DNA of 32,000 bases from Kofleriaceae bacterium (GTDB lineage: Bacteria; Myxococcota_A; Polyangia; Haliangiales; Haliangiaceae). The stretch's first letter is position 1. Each line of letters begins with the position of its first letter. The position numbers and the translations under genes were made by a program. Location of the stretch: positions 12,062 to 44,061 of the forward strand of contig CBDCCZ010000039.1 in NCBI GenBank assembly GCA_965215005.1, read 5' to 3'. The notes below the pieces were generated by a model. It did not search any database. It saw only the letters and a program-made list of their open reading frames with translations, and was not told the DNA's origin. Below are positions 26,056 to 32,000 of this stretch, one piece after another.

Positions 26056-26394
26056 GTGTTGGCTACCCGATCGAGAAACTCACTTTTAGCGCTCGTTATT
26101 CCCGCAACGCTCGCTGCCGCCTGCGGCGGCGGCTCTGATTCGCTCAACCTCGAGGTTACCTACGATGACGGCACCGGCCATCTGCAAGCGGCGATGAATC
26201 GCGAGCTCGCAGAGGGGGCCACGTTGCATATGCGCGTGCGCCGCGGCGCCGTCGGTGCCCTCGACTGCGCTACCGCAGCGGCCGAGATTCCGCGCATTGA
26301 CCAAGAGCGTCTTTCTGGCACCAAGCGACCTACGTTCAAGGGCCGCAGGTCGACTCGAGCATCTTCGAGAGCCAGTACACCACCGATTGGCTGA
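26056..26394 (+). other. Short ORF carrying a strong RBS, signal peptide and lipobox; probably the displaced 5' end of the downstream heme-protein gene (apparent frameshift near 26301-26335)
   Basis: AGGAGG at 26048-26053 is followed by GTG 26056 / TTG 26059. The peptide is VLATRSRNSLLALVIPATLAAACGGGSD.... After about ...IPRIDQERLSG this frame turns into Arg/Ser junk and stops at 26394. The frame of 26418..29195 is already open from 26301 and reads protein-like (ATYVQGPQVDSSIFESQYTTDWLSHNEPTAEM...). Confidence 0.5.
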
Positions 26395-26417
26395 GTCATA
26401 ACGAGCCCACCGCGGAG

Positions 26418-29195
26418 ATGCTCGAAGCCATCGCCGGCGGCGAATACCTCGTCGACGTCTGCCTGATGAACGGCAGCGACGTCACCGCGCAGCTCGAGAT
26501 CGATGTCCGTCGCGCGCTCGACCGCGCTGGCGGCAAGAATGGCAAGTACGACGAAAGCGACGAGACGCGCATCGCGAGCACCGTGGCGTACGGCGAGTAC
26601 TGCGTCGATGAGCTCGGCGAGATTCCATTCTTCGAACAGGTCGGCGAGAACGACTGGGACACGTTCAACTGCCTCGACGCCACGCCCATCCCGATGACCG
26701 TGACGCTGGCCGATGGCACCGTCGAGCGGCCGACCGAAGAGCGTGAGCAATGCGACAACCCGCAGTACATCTACGATAGCTGCGAGCCCAACGCCGTCGA
26801 TGGCCGTTCTAACGGCCCGCGCGTCACCAGCGCCTCCAACGACCAAGGCACTCACTGGGTGCTCTTGTGCCGCAAGGCCAAGGAGCAGGAGGGCAGCTAC
26901 AACGACATCGCGATGATCGGTCACAACCCGTACAGCGGCAAGACGTGCTTCTTTCAGAACGCGCTCTATCGCCGCACCGATGGCCTCAAGGTGCCCCACC
27001 CGTCAGATACCGTTGAGTCGGAGCAGTCGCCAGCACAGTCGCTCAATCTGTGGGAAGGAATTCACGGCGGTCTGGGCAGCGGCATCGAGTGCGCCGAGTG
27101 CCATGACGCCGACGCCTTCGTTCACACCCCTTGGATCGACGGCGCCCTAAACGGCGAAGGCGACCCAATCGTGCCCAAGATGGGCATCAACGACGACTTC
27201 GTGCTCGGCTTCAACGATGCTCCCTACAGCATCCTCAATGCTGCCGGCCAGGGCTGGAGCATGCCCAAGCAGCTCGTTAGTGAAGAAGCTAGCGCCTGCA
27301 CCAGCTGCCACCGTATGGGCAGCGGCCGCTGGACCAGCAGCTGGATCGACCGTCTCGTCGGGCAAGACCAAGCATGGACGGCAATCACCAGCGAGAGTCA
27401 TCGCAGCTTCGAAAACGTCTTCTGGATGCCGCCCGAGGTCGACGGCCTCGACGCCGAAACCTGGCCCACCTCGACCTTTGGCCGCGCCGTCGCATTCATT
27501 CAAGAGTGCGGGCGCAATCCCGAGAGCTGCCAATGGGAAGAGCTGCCGCGTGAGCCCATCGCCGACGACGGCGGCTTGCCCACCATCGAGCTCGAAGGTC
27601 GCGCGCTCGCGGTCAGTGCGCTCACCGCGCTCGGCGCGGATATCGAAGACCCCAGCTGCCCGGACGGCAACTGCGGCACACGCCGCTGCGCCGAGTGTCA
27701 CTCGGTATCGCGCGGTGGCCTGGGTCGCTGGCTCGACGACACCCAGCGCGCTTGGGACGATTGCGGCCTATCGCGTGACGCTGACGAGATGAGCCCGGAA
27801 GAAGCGCTGACCGCAGTCAATTGTCTGCGCGTCGACCCAACCGACGCCGACTCGGTGTTCGCCGCCGCCAACCTCGGCATCTTGACCACGGGCGTCCAGT
27901 ACAGCCCATTCCGCAAGCTCTTCCGCCGCGCCTTTGGCGACCGCTGGCTCGCGCCGTACACGCAGTTCAAGGCACGCGTGGGAATGCCCAAGGGCAGCCA
28001 TCCCAAGTTCAGCCAGCGCGAGTTTGCCACGGTCGTGAAGTGGTTCCAGAACGACTTGGTCGCCATCGACGAAGTCATGCAAGAAGCACCACCGCCGGCG
28101 GTCTGCACCCCGCGCATCGACACGCCAGCCATGACGGCGCACGTGCAGGACATGCAGTTTGATGGCTGGGGCGCGGTCAACGCAGACAACGGCATCCGCA
28201 TGTTCGGCTGCTCGGCCAGTGGCCAAGACTGCTTCACCAACGGCTCCTTTCCCAACCGCAGCAGCGACTGGGGCAACGGCATCGGCGCGATTCGCCAGCT
28301 CACCAAGCTCGGCTTCCGCACCAGCTTCTGGACCCGTACGTCCGCAGATGGTCGCTTCGTTGGCAACGGTGGCGGCAGCGCAGGGTCGACTATCACCGAC
28401 TTGGCGCGCGGTATCGATATCGGCGTGAAGGCCTCTTACGACCCCGGCTTCTTCCCGGACAACTCGGGCTTCATCTTCCAAGGCTCGGTTGGCGGCGCTG
28501 GCATCTGTACTCAGAGCGTGCTCGAGAACGATGACCTCATCGACTTCGAAGAAGCGCAATGCATCAAAGCGCGCGGCATCAACCTCTATCAGCACGTTGC
28601 TCGTGGCGTGAATGGCGGCGACTACTTCGTCATCAACAGCCAGTTCACCAGCGATGCCGGTGGCGGCAACACCGACCCGGCGGCATTCTTCAACGCGACC
28701 TCGACGATGAAATTTACCCCGATGCTCTTCAACGGCACCACGTATGAGCCGCTGAGCCCGGTGGTGGTCGAGTCTCCGTACGAGGGAGACTCGGTGCTTT
28801 CGCCCTCGAGCCGCCTGGTCGGCAGCCGGCTTTCTGGCCCCGATGGCAAATCGCTCGGCTACGTCATTCGGCGCGTCAACGCCAGTCGCTTTGGCGACAG
28901 CTACCGCATCGACATCGACCGCACGTTGGCGACGCTCTGCATGCCGGGCGCGAAGCTCAACTTCTCGTTCGACGAGCGCTTCATCGTTACCCACCACTAC
29001 GAGAACCAGACCGCCAATATCTATCTGGCAGATCTGCTCACCGGTGAGCGCTACCAGATCACCAACATGCCGGAGGGCAGCAGAGCGCTGTTCCCGCACT
29101 TCCGGTCGGACGGCTGGTTTTACTTCCTGGTCAACACCGCTGATGGCGAGCAATACGTCGTCGCCAGCGATGCAGCCGTCACCCTCGCCCGCTGA
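26418..29195 (+). CDS. Large protein with three c-type heme-binding motifs and a C-terminal beta-propeller-like (PD40/TolB-like) region
   Basis: ORF track 26418..29195. The CXXCH motifs are CAECH at 27090-27104, CTSCH at 27297-27311 and CAECH at 27687-27701. The C-terminal strands resemble PD40 repeats (NIYLADLLTGERYQITNMPEGSRALFPHFRSDGWFYFLV). There is no signal peptide after Met 26418, which c-type heme attachment would require (see 26056..26394). Confidence 0.8.
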   Translation: MLEAIAGGEYLVDVCLMNGSDVTAQLEIDVRRALDRAGGKNGKYDESDETRIASTVAYGEYCVDELGEIPFFEQVGENDWDTFNCLDATPIPMTVTLADGTVERPTEEREQCDNPQYIYDSCEPNAVDGRSNGPRVTSASNDQGTHWVLLCRKAKEQEGSYNDIAMIGHNPYSGKTCFFQNALYRRTDGLKVPHPSDTVESEQSPAQSLNLWEGIHGGLGSGIECAECHDADAFVHTPWIDGALNGEGDPIVPKMGINDDFVLGFNDAPYSILNAAGQGWSMPKQLVSEEASACTSCHRMGSGRWTSSWIDRLVGQDQAWTAITSESHRSFENVFWMPPEVDGLDAETWPTSTFGRAVAFIQECGRNPESCQWEELPREPIADDGGLPTIELEGRALAVSALTALGADIEDPSCPDGNCGTRRCAECHSVSRGGLGRWLDDTQRAWDDCGLSRDADEMSPEEALTAVNCLRVDPTDADSVFAAANLGILTTGVQYSPFRKLFRRAFGDRWLAPYTQFKARVGMPKGSHPKFSQREFATVVKWFQNDLVAIDEVMQEAPPPAVCTPRIDTPAMTAHVQDMQFDGWGAVNADNGIRMFGCSASGQDCFTNGSFPNRSSDWGNGIGAIRQLTKLGFRTSFWTRTSADGRFVGNGGGSAGSTITDLARGIDIGVKASYDPGFFPDNSGFIFQGSVGGAGICTQSVLENDDLIDFEEAQCIKARGINLYQHVARGVNGGDYFVINSQFTSDAGGGNTDPAAFFNATSTMKFTPMLFNGTTYEPLSPVVVESPYEGDSVLSPSSRLVGSRLSGPDGKSLGYVIRRVNASRFGDSYRIDIDRTLATLCMPGAKLNFSFDERFIVTHHYENQTANIYLADLLTGERYQITNMPEGSRALFPHFRSDGWFYFLVNTADGEQYVVASDAAVTLAR

Positions 29196-29201
29196 GACCT
29201 C

Positions 29202-31010
29202 ATGAGCCAGAAGCGCATCATCGCTCTGGCGCTTGCCGCGGTCGCCGCCTGCCATGCGCAGGACGGCGACCGCGGCCCCCGCGACTTTCCAGGCTCGGGC
29301 GGAGGCAAAGAAGATGCCTTTGGCCGCAGCCTGGTTGGCGTGGCGGCGCCGTACGAGCCAAATCCTGAGTTACTCAATCCAGCCGCCGAAGAGCGCCTGC
29401 GCTCCGACATGCAGTGGCGGCGTACCATCGCCTGGCAAACCGCCTATCAGGCGCTCGACCAAGTGCCCCTCTATGGTCTTGCCGAGGCCATCGAACAAAA
29501 CGACGAGCTAGTGTGGCCCGAGGGCGAGATTCCTCGAATACCGCGATTTCAAACATGGTATGGAGTGGACGAGATCAAGCAGATGTTCCAGCATCTCTAT
29601 GAGCAGCTGGGTGCATCTGGGCGCGCTATTCGCGCCGACTTCGATGCGGCCGCCGTCGACGAAGCGTTCGAATGGAACGCGCGCTCGATCGACCGTTCCA
29701 GCCGCTGGCCGCTCGAGCGCTATTTGCGTTACGTCGGGCAGCTGGGGGAGTGCCCCGAAGGACTCGACCCAATCGCCTGCGCCACCCACATACAAAGCGG
29801 CAGCGCCGGCGCCGCCGGCGGCATCAGCCGCATCACCTATAGTCCGGCAACCGTTCGTCACCTACTCAATAGCTATCAGCGCATCTACGATTGCTTGGCG
29901 GAGCTAGATAGCCTCGGTTTCGGTCGCGAGCCGACGTCGGAGACAAACTTTACCGCCTGCCTCGAGTCCGAAATGCCGGCCGATGCGGTGCTGGTCAAGG
30001 CGCAGTGGGTGCGCGCCGACTTCGGCCAGACCCTGCCCACGTACGACACTGACGCCGATGCGATGAAGGTGCTCCTTGGCGAAGGCTCGACCTCGCACTG
30101 GGGAGAGACTGGCGACCGCCAGACCAGCCCCGACGCGTCGCAGATTTACACGGTGCGGTTGCAAAACGGCAGCGTGTTTCGTCTCGCGGGGCTGCACCTG
30201 ATGACCAAAGAGCTGCGCCACTGGCAGTGGCTGAGCTTGTGGTGGAGTGACCGCCCAGACGAAGACTTTGGCGCGGATCGGCCGGAGCCTGGTGCGCGAT
30301 CGATCGACCCGGTCTGGAACAACTACAAGATGTGCGCCGCGAGTTGGTACGACGAGCTCGATCCGGCCCCAGAGAGTGGCTTCGAGAGTGAGCCGTCGCT
30401 GGCTCAGGCGCTCGCTGCCGTGAGCGCTGCCGCCGAAGGTTCGAGCTGGTGCAGCAACCCGTATATCGAGCGTGGCCGACACAACGCGCGCACCAACTGC
30501 ATTGGCTGTCATCAGCACGGCGGCAGCAGCGTTGGCCCGGATGTCGATGGTGACGGGACCCTCGATCCGTTCGACCTCGAGGCCGTCATCAGCGATGAGC
30601 GCAGCTTCCCGCGTACCTCGCGCGCGCAGATTCGCGAGATCTTTCCCGCCGACTACTTATGGTCATTTAATCGCGTCGACGATGTAAGCGGCGTGCTCGC
30701 CCACGAGATCGAGTTCTTCGATCGCGCCGACACCGACTCGGTGACGCCACGCATCACCGCCATCCTCGCTCGCACCGGTGATGAGGGCGCCGGCGGCGCC
30801 ACGTTCGCCGAGCGCTGCGCGCCGTGCCACGGCGCCGACGGCAGCGGCTCAGGCTGGGCTCCCTCGCTCATCGAACGGCTGCCAAGCCGCCCCGACGATA
30901 GCGTGCTGCGCACCCTCATCCAAGGACGCGGCGGAATGCCTGCCTGGGGCGAGGTGCTCGACGATCGAGCGCTCGCCGACCTGCTCGCCTACCTGCGCGC
31001 TACGTTCTGA
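29202..31010 (+). CDS. Lipoprotein with two CXXCH motifs; the C-terminal ~90 aa is a class-I cytochrome c domain
   Basis: ORF track 29202..31010, starting 6 nt after the upstream stop. The signal plus lipobox is MSQKRIIALALAAVAAC. CIGCH lies at 30498-30512. CAPCH at 30816-30830 sits in FAERCAPCHGADGSG...IQGRGGMPAWG...LADLLAYL, a typical mono-heme cytochrome c with a Met ligand. Confidence 0.85.
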   Translation: MSQKRIIALALAAVAACHAQDGDRGPRDFPGSGGGKEDAFGRSLVGVAAPYEPNPELLNPAAEERLRSDMQWRRTIAWQTAYQALDQVPLYGLAEAIEQNDELVWPEGEIPRIPRFQTWYGVDEIKQMFQHLYEQLGASGRAIRADFDAAAVDEAFEWNARSIDRSSRWPLERYLRYVGQLGECPEGLDPIACATHIQSGSAGAAGGISRITYSPATVRHLLNSYQRIYDCLAELDSLGFGREPTSETNFTACLESEMPADAVLVKAQWVRADFGQTLPTYDTDADAMKVLLGEGSTSHWGETGDRQTSPDASQIYTVRLQNGSVFRLAGLHLMTKELRHWQWLSLWWSDRPDEDFGADRPEPGARSIDPVWNNYKMCAASWYDELDPAPESGFESEPSLAQALAAVSAAAEGSSWCSNPYIERGRHNARTNCIGCHQHGGSSVGPDVDGDGTLDPFDLEAVISDERSFPRTSRAQIREIFPADYLWSFNRVDDVSGVLAHEIEFFDRADTDSVTPRITAILARTGDEGAGGATFAERCAPCHGADGSGSGWAPSLIERLPSRPDDSVLRTLIQGRGGMPAWGEVLDDRALADLLAYLRATF

Positions 31011-31028
31011 GCCGCTCTTGATACAAGC

Positions 31029-31064
31029 GTCGACTCGTCGCGCGAGCTTGCGCGATGAGTCGAT
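31029..31064 (+). terminator. Strong hairpin between convergent genes (15-bp stem with two G-U pairs on the + transcript, 6-nt loop, followed by GCTTTG)
   Basis: The left arm GTCGACTCGTCGCGC (31029-31043) pairs with the right arm GCGCGATGAGTCGAT (31050-31064). The two non-Watson-Crick positions are G-U on the + strand RNA but C-A on the minus strand RNA, so the hairpin is better for the + operon. It starts 19 nt after the stop at 31010. Confidence 0.55.
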
Positions 31065-31082
31065 GCTTTGCAGTCGTGATGC

Positions 31083-32000
31083 TCATGGCGGGCCAACGGC
31101 TGCCGCAGGGAGTGCGATGGCCTGCAGCGCCGCGTCATCAGGTGCTTGAGTGCGCGCCGCGCGCAACAGCTGCGACGCGCGAGCCGCACCGCCGCTGGCT
31201 GCCAAACTCGGCAGGCCGACAGCAAGCACCGCGGGATTGTGCGGCGCACTCTGCAGTAGCGGCTCGATCACCGAGGCGGCAAGCGAGCTCTGCCCGTGCT
31301 GCGCAAGCCACCGACTCCAGGCAAGCCGAGCGGTGGCCGCGCGCGGATAACGAACCGTTGCGAGCCCGAAGTCCGCGTCGCTGGCCTCGAGGCCGAGCCA
31401 ACGCGCCTCTTCGGGATCGAGAGCCTTGCTGGCCAGATCCGCCTCGAGCAGGGCGAGGTGGCCGCGGCGCAGCGATACCAGCGCAGCCGCGCGCCGAGAA
31501 CTGCTACCGCGGATGCTAGCGGCGTCGAGATAGGCACGCGCGGCGTTCACCTCGCCAGTGCGCAACGCCAGCCATCCAAGACGCGAGTAGACCTCCGCGC
31601 GCTCCGCTGCTACGTCGCCTTGCAGCCGTCGCCAGCGGGTGAGCAGCGGCATATGTGGCAACAGCGGCTCGACGTCGGCGCCGTTGTCCATCGCCTCCGG
31701 CACCAGTCCCCGCGCCCAGGCCTCGGAGATCGCTGAGGCGGCAAGCTCGAGGCGATTGCGATCCCACCAGAAGCTAGCGACGTTCACCAACCAGCCAGTT
31801 TCCTGGCCGTCTGTCGGCATTCGCTCGGCGACCTGTGCAGCTACCTCATCGAGCGCGCCCGCCAACGTCGCGATGAAACCCGGCTGGTTGAGCAGGAGCC
31901 AGGTCATAGCCACTCCGAGATCTTCATCGGCATAGCCCGCCCGCCAAGCCGCCACGCATGCTGGCGCCGCGGCCATGGGCTCGTCGAGGTCAATGAAGAT
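31083..32000 (-). CDS. TPR-like helical-repeat protein, probably partial (frame stays open to the right edge)
   Basis: ORF track 31083..31976. The frame remains open upstream of that Met to position 32000 (IFIDLDEP-MAAAP...). TPR-like segments are AEVYSRLGWLALRTGEVNAARAYLDAA and ARLAWSRWLAQHGQSSLAASVIEPLL. Confidence 0.6.
   Translation of the reverse strand: MFIDLDEPMAAAPACVAAWRAGYADEDLGVAMTWLLLNQPGFIATLAGALDEVAAQVAERMPTDGQETGWLVNVASFWWDRNRLELAASAISEAWARGLVPEAMDNGADVEPLLPHMPLLTRWRRLQGDVAAERAEVYSRLGWLALRTGEVNAARAYLDAASIRGSSSRRAAALVSLRRGHLALLEADLASKALDPEEARWLGLEASDADFGLATVRYPRAATARLAWSRWLAQHGQSSLAASVIEPLLQSAPHNPAVLAVGLPSLAASGGAARASQLLRAARTQAPDDAALQAIALPAAAVGPP

Noticed and set aside
27768-29255. 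495-aa minus-strand ORF opposite the heme-protein gene
   Set aside because: Its composition is junk-like (Arg/Ala/Gly/Asp/Val runs), and it overlaps a + frame with three CXXCH motifs and PD40-like strands.

Overview
High-GC (roughly two-thirds G+C by eye, not computed) chromosomal window whose gene content looks Myxococcota-like; that assignment is inference. From left to right the window holds these elements. (1) The 5' part of an ABC-F ATPase (-). (2) A 1316-codon Ser/Thr kinase fused to a STAND-type NTPase and a helical-repeat tail (-). (3) A visibly lower-GC, partly decayed accessory stretch (about 4.9-11.7 kb). It carries an excisionase-type HTH gene, a small coiled-coil/AT-hook protein, frameshifted gene remnants, an IS4-like transposase fragment, a GT-C-like membrane protein and a beta-helix lipoprotein. 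(4) A 632-codon low-complexity repeat ORF (-) whose coding strand is not fully certain. (5) A co-directional (+) block: a BrxD/DUF2791-like P-loop ATPase built from a degenerate plus an intact module; the tail-specific protease Prc; a translationally coupled mukF-mukE-mukB-type condensin operon with no JetD/MksG-like nuclease; and two tightly coupled large c-type heme (CXXCH) lipoproteins of unknown function. (6) A convergent TPR-like gene (-) running off the right edge. I saw no rRNA, tRNA or CRISPR array. The best candidates for something undescribed are the two-gene heme-lipoprotein module, the tandem-module orphan BrxD-like ATPase, the nuclease-less Muk-type operon, and the small HTH / palindrome / non-RD kinase-STAND arrangement next to the decayed island. 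All family assignments come from reading motifs by eye and need profile searches.
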